Shown here: positions 31,678 to 42,330 of the stretch, piece after piece
How positions within the stretch are numbered: the first letter of the stretch is position 1
How the letters are laid out: each line of letters starts with the position of its first letter
NCBI GenBank assembly: GCA_045863335.1
Contig: BTVY01000005.1
Coordinates: 100,718 to 164,717, forward strand
DNA length: 64,000 nucleotides
Direction: 5' to 3'
DNA from: Candidatus Hydrogenedentota bacterium
Lineage (GTDB): Bacteria; Hydrogenedentota; Hydrogenedentia; Hydrogenedentales; SLHB01
The notes under the pieces: model-generated
Databases searched by the model: none
Seen by the model: only the letters and a program-made list of their open reading frames with translations
What the model was told of the DNA's origin: nothing
Position numbers and translations under genes: made by a program

Positions 31678-32856
31678 ATGAAGATCGCCATTCTCTCGCG
31701 CGGACCCCGGCTGTATTCCACCCGGCGGCTCCGGGAAGCCGCCGCGCAGCGGGGTCATTTTGTCAAGGTCCTCGACACGAACAAGTTCTCCATCCACGTG
31801 GAGGAAGAGGAGCCGAGCCTGTCGTATCACGCGCGGCACCTGCCCCACTACGATGCGGTCATTCCACGAATTGGCGCCTCGATAACGTTCTTTGGCTGTT
31901 CGGTGGTGCGCCAGTTCGAGCAGATGGGCGTCTTCACGCTGAACTCTTCGCACGCCATTGCCGTGTCGCGCGACAAGCTGCGCTCGTTGCAGATTCTCAG
32001 CCGGCACAGCATCGGGATTCCCCAGTCCGCCTTCGTGCGCGACAAGAAAGACGTGCTTCCCGCGGTGGCGAAGGTGGGCGGGACGCCGGTGATCATCAAA
32101 CTGCTCGAAGGCACCCAGGGCATCGGCGTCATTCTCGCGGACTCCATCGACGTCGCCTCCGCGATCATCGAGACGCTGCAAAGTACGAAGCAAAACGTGT
32201 TGATCCAGAAGTTCGTGGCGGAAAGCAAAGGCCGCGACATTCGCGCGTTTGTGGTGGGCGACCGTGTCGTGGCCGCCATGCGTCGCCGCGCACAAGGCCA
32301 GGAGTTCCGGAGCAACGTCCATCGTGGTGGGCAAACGGAGGCCCTGGAATTGGACAGCGAGTACGAGCAAACGGCGGTCCGCGCCGCGCAGATCATGGGA
32401 TTGCGCGTGGCGGGCGTTGACATGCTCGAAGCGGAAGACGGCCCGAAAGTCATGGAAGTGAACTCCTCGCCGGGATTGGAAGGCATCGAGACCATCTCCG
32501 GCGTGGATATTGCCGGCGCCATAATCGAGCTGATGGAGGAGGAAGTGCTCTTTCCGGAAATCGACGTGCGCCAGCGGTTGACCGTGAAAGGCGGCTACGG
32601 CGTGAGCGAAGTGCCCATCGGAACCAAATCCGAGTTCGTCGGGCAAACCATCGCGGAGACCGGCCTGCGCGAACGCGACGTTTTGGTGCTCAGCATCAAC
32701 CGGAATGGCGTGGTAATTCCCAACCCGCGCGGATCGCGGGAGTTATTGGCGGGTGACGAGTTGTTATGCTTTGGAAAGCTGCTTACGCTCAAGGGACTCG
32801 TCCCGCCGCCGCGCAAGCGCCGAACGAAAAAGAAGGCCAAGAACAAGGCCGGGTGA
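31678..32856 (+). CDS. rimK: RimK-family ATP-grasp alpha-L-glutamate ligase fused to a C-terminal TrkA_C (RCK_C) domain
   Basis: MKIAILSR...YSTRRL, PRIGAS, RDKLRSLQ, GTQGIGV, FRSNVHRGG, EVNSSPGLEGIE, then EVPIG..SEFVGQTIAE.GLRE..VLVLSINR.G..IPNP....L.AGDEL. Confidence 0.92.
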   Translation: MKIAILSRGPRLYSTRRLREAAAQRGHFVKVLDTNKFSIHVEEEEPSLSYHARHLPHYDAVIPRIGASITFFGCSVVRQFEQMGVFTLNSSHAIAVSRDKLRSLQILSRHSIGIPQSAFVRDKKDVLPAVAKVGGTPVIIKLLEGTQGIGVILADSIDVASAIIETLQSTKQNVLIQKFVAESKGRDIRAFVVGDRVVAAMRRRAQGQEFRSNVHRGGQTEALELDSEYEQTAVRAAQIMGLRVAGVDMLEAEDGPKVMEVNSSPGLEGIETISGVDIAGAIIELMEEEVLFPEIDVRQRLTVKGGYGVSEVPIGTKSEFVGQTIAETGLRERDVLVLSINRNGVVIPNPRGSRELLAGDELLCFGKLLTLKGLVPPPRKRRTKKKAKNKAG

Positions 32857-32906
32857 ACATGGCCTGCCGGTGGAATTCCGCAGGCCGGACGGAGTAGCGT
32901 GTACTC

Positions 32907-33380
32907 ATGGCTCGTGTACGGCTGTCCATAGCGGATCCGGCCCACGGATTGACGCTGAAAACGCTGCTCGAGGCAGACGGGCACACGGTAAGCGAGAACG
33001 ACCCCGGAGTGATCATCACCGATGATTTCGTTCAGGCGGTTTCACTTGCCGGTGGGTGTCCCACGCTTGTTCTCGCCGGGATCAATCAACTGCGTGAGGC
33101 CGTAGTAGCCATGCAGCGCGGCGTGCTCGGCTACATCTTTGTGCCGTATGTGCCGGGCGAGGCGGCGCTCATGGTGCGCCGCGCGACCGGGGCGGTTCCA
33201 ACGGTTTCAGAATCGCACGATGCAGCCCTGGAAGACGTCGAAACGGAACATATCCTGGACACTTTGCGTCGCTGCAAGGGCAACCGAGCGGAAGCGGCGC
33301 GGCGGTTGGGCATCGGGCGCAACACGCTTTGGCGCAAGCTGAAACGGATCGAAGCGAAGGACCCGGGGGATCGGGCGTAG
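32907..33380 (+). CDS. Degenerate receiver plus Fis-type HTH protein (no AAA+ domain)
   Basis: AVVAMQRGVLGYIFVP (receiver a4-b5, Lys replaced) and LEDVETEHILDTL..CKGNRAEAARRLGIGRNTLWRKLK (HTH_8). Confidence 0.8.
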   Translation: MARVRLSIADPAHGLTLKTLLEADGHTVSENDPGVIITDDFVQAVSLAGGCPTLVLAGINQLREAVVAMQRGVLGYIFVPYVPGEAALMVRRATGAVPTVSESHDAALEDVETEHILDTLRRCKGNRAEAARRLGIGRNTLWRKLKRIEAKDPGDRA

Positions 33381-33423
33381 CCGACAAGGCGCGCCGGCCG
33401 ATGCGGTAAGGAGGGGATCAATC

Positions 33424-33870
33424 ATGGCCACCACGGACGGGACTCCCACGGTCGCGAGCGCACGGCTCATCGCCGCCGCACTGACCTTGGCGACCATCGG
33501 ATACGCGGTCGTCGGCACCGTGCTTGTGTTGACCCATGTCGTTCCTGAAGGCGGATTCGCGGAGCTGCCGGAACAGGCCGAGCTGATTCTCAAAGCGGCA
33601 CTGCTCCTGGCGGGCATCGGGGCAACCGCGGCCTCGTTCCTGATTCGGCGGATGCGGGACGCCAAGGCGCCCGCGGGCGACGAAGGCATCCCGGCGCGGA
33701 CGGCCAATCTCATCGTGGCCATGGCGCTGGTGGAAAGCGCGGGCGTCAACGGATTCGTGATCGCACTGATCACAGGTGACGCCATGTTCTCGATGCTGCT
33801 ATGGGGGATGGCGATCGCCGGGTGCATCTTGCACTTTCCCACCAGTGCGTCATTTGGTCCGCGTGCGTGA
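33424..33870 (+). CDS. Hypothetical 4-TM membrane protein
   Basis: Four hydrophobic segments, ALVES motif, C-terminal HFP; strong AGGAGG RBS. Confidence 0.7.
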   Translation: MATTDGTPTVASARLIAAALTLATIGYAVVGTVLVLTHVVPEGGFAELPEQAELILKAALLLAGIGATAASFLIRRMRDAKAPAGDEGIPARTANLIVAMALVESAGVNGFVIALITGDAMFSMLLWGMAIAGCILHFPTSASFGPRA

Positions 33871-33914
33871 ACACCGTCCTCGCCCCGGCGGGGCTTAATA
33901 AAGGAGCATAGGTC

Positions 33915-34331
33915 GTGGCGGAACTGGAACGGGTGAGCATGTCGATCGAAAAGCCGTTGCTACGGCGGCTGGAACGGCTCGTGCGCGCAAGCGGGTACAC
34001 GAACCGGTCCGAGTTCATTCGCGACCTGATTCGCGGCAAGCTGGTGGAAGAGGAATGGGAACGGGACGAAGAAGCCGTCGGCACGATCACGCTCCTCTAC
34101 GATCATCACCAGCGCGGCTTGAGCGACCGCTTGACCCACCTTCAACACGACCACCACAGCAATATCCTCGCCACCACCCACGTGCATCTGACCCACGACC
34201 TTTGCGCGGAGATGATCATGGTGCGTGGCCAGGGCAAGATGGTCCGCGCGCTGGCGGACAGTATGCGCCGGGAAAAAGGCGTCCTGCACGCCTCCCTCTC
34301 CATGAGCTCCACGGGCAAAAGCCTGGCATAA
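33915..34331 (+). CDS. nikR: Nickel-responsive regulator NikR
   Basis: RHH motif RVSMS...GYTNRSEFIRDLIR, then YDHH, QH, HVHL.HDLCAE. Confidence 0.93.
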   Translation: MAELERVSMSIEKPLLRRLERLVRASGYTNRSEFIRDLIRGKLVEEEWERDEEAVGTITLLYDHHQRGLSDRLTHLQHDHHSNILATTHVHLTHDLCAEMIMVRGQGKMVRALADSMRREKGVLHASLSMSSTGKSLA

Positions 34332-34541
34332 ATCCACCCCGACTATCTGGAATAGAATTCCAGAATATGCTAGGCTCTAGCGTGCGGGCCCGTGTATCCT
34401 TCACTGCAAGAGATTCAGCCTAATCGGAGCATGCGTTGATTTCTTGCGCAATCACGCCGAAACGTGGTTGGACTGTTCCCGGAACCGGCGCCACGCCCAC
34501 CTGCTGACTACGAACGTCTGGCGATCGATGGAGAAGGATTC

Positions 34542-35522
34542 ATGTTTCGGACGCGCATCATAGGCACGGGTCACCACTTCCCCGAGAAGGTCCTCACGAA
34601 CGCGGACCTGGAGAAGATTTGTGATACGAACGATGAGTGGATTCGGCAGCGATCCGGCATTCAGCAGCGCCACATGATCGAAGACGGCGAGGGCCCGTCC
34701 GACGTTGGCGTCCCCGCCGCGCTACAGGCGTTGGATGACGCGGGGTTGACGCCGGCCGACGTTGATCTCATCGTGGTGTGCACCACGACGCCCGACTACA
34801 TCTTTCCCGCGACGGCCTGCGTGTTGCAGGAGAAACTCGGCATTACCAATACGCCCGCGTTCGACGTGAACGCCGCGTGTTCCGGATTTCTGTACGGCCT
34901 CTCCACCGGCGACGCGTTCATTCGCAGCGGGAACTACAAAACGATCCTGGTCGTGGCCGCCGACGTGGCCACCAATCGCATCAACTACAGCAAGCGCGAC
35001 ACGGCGGTCCTCTTCGGAGACGGCGCGGGCGCGGTGGTTCTGCGCGGCGAAGAGGGCGACCGCGGCATCCTCACGACGCACCTCTGGGCCGACGGATCGG
35101 GTCGCGAAGTCTTGTGGTTGCCCGCGGGCGGCGCCGTCATTCCGGCCACACGCGATACGGTCGACACCGATCTCAACACGATCCATATGAAGGGCAAGGA
35201 ACTTTTCAAACGCGCCGTGGTCGAGTTCGTTGCTGCCGCGAAAACCGCGTGTGAGGCAGCGGGGGTATCCCTCGAAGACGTCGACTATTTCGTGCCGCAC
35301 CAAGCCAACGTTCGTATCACGGAAGCCGTGGGTGAACGGCTTGGCTTCTCGCCCGAGCGCGTCGTGTCCAACATCGATCACGCCGCCAACACGGTGGCCG
35401 CATCCATTCCCATCGCCCTCGACGAGGCCATCCGCGACGGCCGGATCAAGGAGGGCAACCTCATCCTGTTGGCTTCTTTCGGCGCCGGCCTCACCTGGGG
35501 TTCCGCAATCGTCCGGTGGTAA
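34542..35522 (+). CDS. fabH: 3-oxoacyl-ACP synthase III
   Basis: AACSGF, LFGDGAGA, PHQAN.RI, ANT.AASIP, FGAGLTWG. Confidence 0.95.
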   Translation: MFRTRIIGTGHHFPEKVLTNADLEKICDTNDEWIRQRSGIQQRHMIEDGEGPSDVGVPAALQALDDAGLTPADVDLIVVCTTTPDYIFPATACVLQEKLGITNTPAFDVNAACSGFLYGLSTGDAFIRSGNYKTILVVAADVATNRINYSKRDTAVLFGDGAGAVVLRGEEGDRGILTTHLWADGSGREVLWLPAGGAVIPATRDTVDTDLNTIHMKGKELFKRAVVEFVAAAKTACEAAGVSLEDVDYFVPHQANVRITEAVGERLGFSPERVVSNIDHAANTVAASIPIALDEAIRDGRIKEGNLILLASFGAGLTWGSAIVRW

Positions 35523-35549
35523 TCGAACCGGCGAGTGCCGCCTTCGCGC

Positions 35550-36860
35550 TCAGGGATGCATGAACTCGCGATAGCCGCGCAGGCTGGCGGCGAGGCGTCT
35601 GGCGCGGGCGAAGGATCGTTCGGCGCCTTCGGACTGCCCAAGTTGATCGAGGACCACGCCGATGGAAAGGTGAATCAGGGGATCCTCCGCATCCAGGCGT
35701 AGCGCGCGGACCAGCGTGGCGAGGGCCGCCTCAGGGTCCCCGTTTCGGGCTTGCTCCTCGCCATCCGCGCGAAGCTTATGCGCTTCCTTGCGATCCTGCA
35801 ATTCCGTCAAGCTCGGTGCGTACCTTAGGGCAACGTCCAGATGGATCGCCGCGTCTTCAAAGAAACCGGCGAGATCGAGGGCACGGGCGAAATACAGGCG
35901 GGCCATGATGTTCGACGGAGCGGCCTTGATCACCTTCTCGAGACGGCCAAGCGCCTCGTTCAACCGGCCTTGACGGCAGGCGATGGCCGCGAGGGCCGTC
36001 GACACGTGTGGGAGCGTGGTGCCATCCATCTCGAGCCGCAAAAACAAGGCGCGCGCTTCGTCCAGATCGCCGCGGTTAAGCAAGATGTTGCCGAGCGTCG
36101 TGGCGGCGCCGAGGTGTTCCGGTTCCAGCGCGAGGGCCCGCCGGGAAGCGTACTCGGCTTCATCCGTATGGCCGAGTGCCAGCAACTGTTCCGATAGATC
36201 GTGCCAGGCTTTCGGGTTCTCAGGTTGGAGCGCCGCTTTTTCCCGCGCGATAGTAAGGTACCGTTCGCCTTTCGCGCCCGAACCGTCGCTCTCGTACCCG
36301 TAGTGGTGGATGAGAATGGGCTGCACGTGAATCGTGCCTCCCGCCTCTTCGACGCTTTCCGTGATGTTTTCGTGGACGGGTTCACGGTACTCGAAACCAC
36401 GGCGGTTCCGAAAGAGCCGCAGCAGACCGACCGCGATGTAGCCCGATTTGCCGCGGGCATAGGGATCGTCAGGCGGCGCGGGAACCCAACGCCACGCGCG
36501 TGGGGTATCGCAATAGTTCGCGAGGGTCACTTCAATGGCATCGGCCCCGTCGCAATCCACATCGACGAGTTCGCGGATGCGCCGCGCGTTCTCCGGATCG
36601 ACCACTTCGTCCGCGTCGAGATGCAACAGCCAATCGCCGGTCGCGGCGTGCAGCACTGCATTGCGCGCTTCCGCGAAGTCGTTGTGCCATTCGATAGTGA
36701 TGACGCGCGCGCCAAACCCTCGCGCGATAGCAGCGGTTTCGTCGGCGGAGCCCGTATCGCCGATGACAATCTCGTCCGCGATGGCTCGAATGCTTTCGAG
36801 ACACTCGCCGAGGCAATGGGCCTCGTTCTTGACGATCATCACGACGCTCAGCGTTGGCAT
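35550..36860 (-). CDS. GT2 glycosyltransferase with C-terminal TPRs
   Basis: SVVMIVKNE, DTGS.D.T, F.EARN, LDADE, VHE, HYGY, followed by TPR repeats. Confidence 0.92.
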   Translation of the reverse strand: MPTLSVVMIVKNEAHCLGECLESIRAIADEIVIGDTGSADETAAIARGFGARVITIEWHNDFAEARNAVLHAATGDWLLHLDADEVVDPENARRIRELVDVDCDGADAIEVTLANYCDTPRAWRWVPAPPDDPYARGKSGYIAVGLLRLFRNRRGFEYREPVHENITESVEEAGGTIHVQPILIHHYGYESDGSGAKGERYLTIAREKAALQPENPKAWHDLSEQLLALGHTDEAEYASRRALALEPEHLGAATTLGNILLNRGDLDEARALFLRLEMDGTTLPHVSTALAAIACRQGRLNEALGRLEKVIKAAPSNIMARLYFARALDLAGFFEDAAIHLDVALRYAPSLTELQDRKEAHKLRADGEEQARNGDPEAALATLVRALRLDAEDPLIHLSIGVVLDQLGQSEGAERSFARARRLAASLRGYREFMHP

Positions 36861-36865
36861 GAATG

Positions 36866-38314
36866 TCAGATCTCGAACCGCGTCACGTTTGGCTCGTCTT
36901 CGGCGTTGTCTTCCGCTCCGGGTTGCGCGGGTTCATCAACGGCGTCGTCCGGAGCACCCGAACCGACGACGATAGGATTCGTGTAGACCCACGGCACCCA
37001 CTCGTCGAGCACGGGGAGTTCGGCTTCGAGCCGGTACTTGCCGGGATAGGGCACTTGGTACTCGTATTCGCGGCCTTCCTGCGTGTCAATGACTTCGCCG
37101 TCCGCGACGAGGGTGAACCGTACGCGATTGGGCGATCCGGCCCGCAGCACGAGGCCTTCCGACATGGGCGCCGTCTCGCCCATGACGTACATGCGGGAGC
37201 CGTCGTCGGCGAAAAACACGAATCCGCGCGCGTCCGCGATCATGTCGAAGGCGATATACGAGCGCCCGGATTTCAAGGCGTTGACGATGGCCTCTTCGGT
37301 CAGATCCTCCGCCAAGACATGATTGTTCACGAAACGCAGGCTGCGCTCGTAAGGATCGAGGTCGATGCGGAACAGGCGTTCGCCCGGTTCAAGAGGCCCG
37401 AAGGCGAGCCGCAACAGTGTGCGGCTGACGGTCCCTAGTTTGAACTCGGCCGCGTGGGCGTCGCTGGTCCCTGTCAACAGAAAGGTATCCGCGTCCGTGT
37501 AGTAGCCTTGGTATCCTGTGTTCTGGTGGGCGTCATTGGCGGCGATCCCGGCCATGTAGCGGTCTTTGTTTAATTCGTCCCAGTGCGCGAGGATATCCGT
37601 CTGCCGGTCGAAGAGTTGCCGCATGACCAGGTCGGGATATTTCTTCAGCGAGAGAATGATGTCCGGGAATAAGGCTGGCAGGTTCTCGTCCTTGAAATCG
37701 GTGTGGATGTTGTAGATTTCCATACCCGAAATCTGGGGCAATTCCCATTGGCGTTCCTCTTCCGAGTGGGCGATGAAGAGCGCGCCGCCGAGATCGACAA
37801 TCTGCTGTGCCAGCGCCTCAGGTTCTTCGTTGCAGTCCAGCACCGTGTCATAAGGCAAACCCCACGGCATGAAACCGTTGCTCATCTCGAATCCCGGCAC
37901 GAACAGGATATCGAGATAGATGCCGTTAAGTTGGAGCGAGTAGTCCGCTATCTTGCCGTCCGCATCTTCCACACAATGATCGGACATGCAGATGAACGAG
38001 ACATCCGCTTTCTGTGCGGCCTCGATGATGTCGGGGAACGGCACGACGCTGTCGTGGGACAACTCCGAGTGGCTGTGGCAGATGCCGCGATACTCGGTCC
38101 AGCCGTCGTCGAGGGAGGGTTCGACCCGGTCCGAGCGGATTTCGTCCCACGCTTCGGCCACCTTGGGGAAATGGTAGAAGCGGTTGTAGAGCGCGTCCCA
38201 GAAGATATAGAGAAACGCGCAAACCAGGAACAGCATCGCCACTACGGCCAGCCGGAAAGTCCACCGGAAGACAAACCGTAGACATCCCCGCTTCTTTTTC
38301 ACTTCCTCGCTCAT
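36866..38314 (-). CDS. Membrane-anchored PHP-domain metallophosphoesterase
   Basis: HSHS.LSHD, SDH, G.E, IAH, EIYN, NDAH, WVYTNPI. Confidence 0.8.
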   Translation of the reverse strand: MSEEVKKKRGCLRFVFRWTFRLAVVAMLFLVCAFLYIFWDALYNRFYHFPKVAEAWDEIRSDRVEPSLDDGWTEYRGICHSHSELSHDSVVPFPDIIEAAQKADVSFICMSDHCVEDADGKIADYSLQLNGIYLDILFVPGFEMSNGFMPWGLPYDTVLDCNEEPEALAQQIVDLGGALFIAHSEEERQWELPQISGMEIYNIHTDFKDENLPALFPDIILSLKKYPDLVMRQLFDRQTDILAHWDELNKDRYMAGIAANDAHQNTGYQGYYTDADTFLLTGTSDAHAAEFKLGTVSRTLLRLAFGPLEPGERLFRIDLDPYERSLRFVNNHVLAEDLTEEAIVNALKSGRSYIAFDMIADARGFVFFADDGSRMYVMGETAPMSEGLVLRAGSPNRVRFTLVADGEVIDTQEGREYEYQVPYPGKYRLEAELPVLDEWVPWVYTNPIVVGSGAPDDAVDEPAQPGAEDNAEDEPNVTRFEI

Positions 38315-38660
38315 ATCATTCCCGCTCCCCAGCGTCCGACTGCCTCAACTCCGCCCGTCGGTTGCAAAGGTACTCGAAATCCGGGGTTTGGTCAAAAGGG
38401 CAGTGTTCGTTTCCCGGTGGCTATGGAGCGACTGGCCCACTCCGACCGTGGCTTGGGCCAATCCAGATTGGTTTAGGGGTCATAAGTGTCGAGCATCATT
38501 TGCGAGTGACTCGGGGGCTGTGTTATATTCTACGCTATTGTAGAGTGTGTTTTGCCTGCGCTTTCCGTGTTTTGTGGAAGGCGGGGGCGCATGTCTTTGG
38601 GGACCAACCGCCGCGCGCTGGGTGATGGATGCGGCCGAGAGGATGCGATCGCCGATGAGG

Positions 38661-39638
38661 ATGATGAGCAGATTCGGGTTTTCCACGATGGCGGTGTTGG
38701 CTATAGCGGCGTTCAGTGCGCCCGCGATCCAGGCGGATATTGTCGACCAGGTCGTGGCCAACGTGGACACCGAGGTCATTCTGCTAAGCGACATCATGGC
38801 CGAGCTGGGGCCCCAGATCGCCGACATCCGGCGGGATGCGCCCAACGAGGAAGCCTTCAACGACGCGTTGCAGGAGAAGATCCGGGCCACATTGGACCAG
38901 GCGATCGAGAACCGCATCCTGCTGCGCGAGGCCCAGTTGGCGGGTCTTTCCGTGGACGACGACACGGTTGAGAAGCGGTTGGAAGAGTACCGGAAACTGT
39001 ACGACACCAACGAAGCCTTTTTGCGTGAGTTGGAAGCGGCCGGCGAAACCATGAGTGACCTTCGCACACGCCTGCGCAAGCAGATGCTCTCCCGCACCAT
39101 GGCGATCCGAAAGATGCGCGAGTTTGAAGACGGCGTGGTTGTGTCCGAGTCGGAGGTGGCTCAGTACTACGAGGACCACAAGGACGATTTCCGGCATCCG
39201 GAACGTGTCCATGTATCGCAGATCTTCGTCGCGTCGCCATCGGGCAGCGCCGACCGTGCCGTCGCCAAGGCTCGATTGGAGCAGCTTCGCGACGAGGTCG
39301 TTTCGGGCACGGAATTCGAAGAGTTGGCCATTGAATACTCCGAGGCGCCCGGCGCCGAGGATGGCGGCATTATCGGCTGGGTGCAACGGGGCGATCTCGT
39401 GGGACCCTTGGAAGATGCTGCGTTCGGCCTGGAGCCGGGGCAATTGAGCGAAGTGGTTGAAACGGACAGCGGTTTTCACCTGATGAGGATCGATAAGAAG
39501 GAAGCGGCCGGGCTCGCCACGTTGGACGAGGCCCGCAAAGAGATTGGCCCCCTGATCCGGAGCCAGGTCGCCGCCGAACGGTATCAGAAATGGATTGATG
39601 AACTGAAGAAACGCAGCCGCGTACGCGTTTTCATTTGA
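38661..39638 (+). CDS. surA: SurA/PrsA-like parvulin peptidyl-prolyl isomerase
   Basis: Signal peptide, VDQVVANV..EVIL.SD, FEELA.EYS....GG.IGW, SEVVETDSGFHL. Start approximate. Confidence 0.85.
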   Translation: MMSRFGFSTMAVLAIAAFSAPAIQADIVDQVVANVDTEVILLSDIMAELGPQIADIRRDAPNEEAFNDALQEKIRATLDQAIENRILLREAQLAGLSVDDDTVEKRLEEYRKLYDTNEAFLRELEAAGETMSDLRTRLRKQMLSRTMAIRKMREFEDGVVVSESEVAQYYEDHKDDFRHPERVHVSQIFVASPSGSADRAVAKARLEQLRDEVVSGTEFEELAIEYSEAPGAEDGGIIGWVQRGDLVGPLEDAAFGLEPGQLSEVVETDSGFHLMRIDKKEAAGLATLDEARKEIGPLIRSQVAAERYQKWIDELKKRSRVRVFI

Positions 39639-39791
39639 TGGACCGTGAACGCACCGGTGGGATTCCGGCGCGCCACGGGACAGGCCCTGCCCCCCACATG
39701 GCCGACTCGGCATTCTCAACCCCAGAAGACTCAGGCGATCAACGTTCCCCGCGCGTTACGGGTCACGGTACTGTATCCGCAAGCGGTTGAG

Positions 39792-40589
39792 ATGCTGACA
39801 CGCGCACTCAAGATGGCCTTTTGGATTCTGTACGACCATCTCGGCAAGCTGATGGCGGCCAACTTCGTGTGGGCCGTCTCCATCGCGATACCGGGAAGCG
39901 TGGCGGCTACGGCAGTATTCTACGGGGAACCGCCGATACAGATTTGGATCGGAGCGCCCGCCGCGGCAATTGCCGTTGGGATAATCCTTCCGGTCTTGTC
40001 GGTGGGGATGGCGCAGCTGATGAAGGTTTTGATCGACCGGAAGGATGGGTCCTTGTCGGACTTTCTGGACGGAATTCGCCGCTACGGGTGGAAGGCGTCC
40101 CGGTTAGGGCTCCTGTACACCGGCGCCATGGTGTGCTTTGGCACGAGCGTGTGGTTCTACGCGACGAAGCTACAGGCGAGCGCGCCCTTTGTGGGTTACC
40201 TCGTGAGCGCCATTGCGTTCTGGTGTCTGGCTTTCGTCGCCTTGAGCGCGCAATTCGCGCTCCCCGCGCTGGTGCAGAAGCGGGAAGGCGTCGTGGCGAC
40301 CTTGAAGTTGTCCGCCCTATTGGTGCTTGACAACCCGGTGCTTACGGCCGGCGTGGCGTTTCAGATCGCCGTGCTGACCGTACTGGCCGCGCCGATCTGG
40401 CCGCTGTTTTTTGTGATTTACGGCGCGGCGGTAATGGCGCTGGTATCGAGTGCCTATGAACTGATGGCCCGCAAATACGCGGTTGCCGCGGCGAGATCGG
40501 ACGGGTCGGTGGAGTTACCGCCCCGGGACGAAGACGACGATTACCTGAACCGGGGGGTTCGGGACGTGTTTTTCCCCTGGAAGGGGTAG
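39792..40589 (+). CDS. DUF624/YesL-like membrane protein
   Basis: YDHLGKLMAANFVW and multiple TM helices. Confidence 0.6.
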   Translation: MLTRALKMAFWILYDHLGKLMAANFVWAVSIAIPGSVAATAVFYGEPPIQIWIGAPAAAIAVGIILPVLSVGMAQLMKVLIDRKDGSLSDFLDGIRRYGWKASRLGLLYTGAMVCFGTSVWFYATKLQASAPFVGYLVSAIAFWCLAFVALSAQFALPALVQKREGVVATLKLSALLVLDNPVLTAGVAFQIAVLTVLAAPIWPLFFVIYGAAVMALVSSAYELMARKYAVAAARSDGSVELPPRDEDDDYLNRGVRDVFFPWKG

Positions 40590-40657
40590 TAGAATTTACA
40601 CTATTTACTGCGCTCTCCGGCGCTTTCCGGCTGGTGTTCCAGCCGGACCCGGAGTAG

Positions 40658-41974
<1,317 letters not shown>

Positions 41975-42015
41975 AGAAGGACGGGGCCGCCCAGAAGCGG
42001 CCTCGGGTAGCAGGT

Positions 42016-42324
42016 ATGTTCCGATCGTTTAGCAGGGGCTATATACTGGTGTTTCTGGTCGTGACCGCGCTCACGGTGGGGTATGTGCTCCACCGTGACT
42101 TGGCGGGCCAATACACTTTCTATCAGGAGAACGAGGAGTATGTGCGCACCATGCGCGAGCAGCTTCGCACCCTCACCGCTGAGGAGCAGCGGCTCACCGA
42201 GCGCGTGGAAGGATTGACGAGCGACCCTGTCGAGGTCGAGGCCGATATCCGCAGCAGCAAAGGACTCGTACGGCCGAACGAGCGGATTGTCCGCATTGAA
42301 CCTGCGGAAACCGAAGCCCCGTAA
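42016..42324 (+). CDS. ftsB: Septum formation initiator (FtsB/DivIC family)
   Basis: TM helix plus coiled coil and DP..VE..IR...GLVRPNE; canonical position after eno. Confidence 0.75.
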   Translation: MFRSFSRGYILVFLVVTALTVGYVLHRDLAGQYTFYQENEEYVRTMREQLRTLTAEEQRLTERVEGLTSDPVEVEADIRSSKGLVRPNERIVRIEPAETEAP

Positions 42325-42330
42325 GAGGGA

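Noticed and set aside
41983-42004. Terminator after eno
   Set aside because: Short stem without a U-tract, and ftsB starts right after, so read-through is likely.
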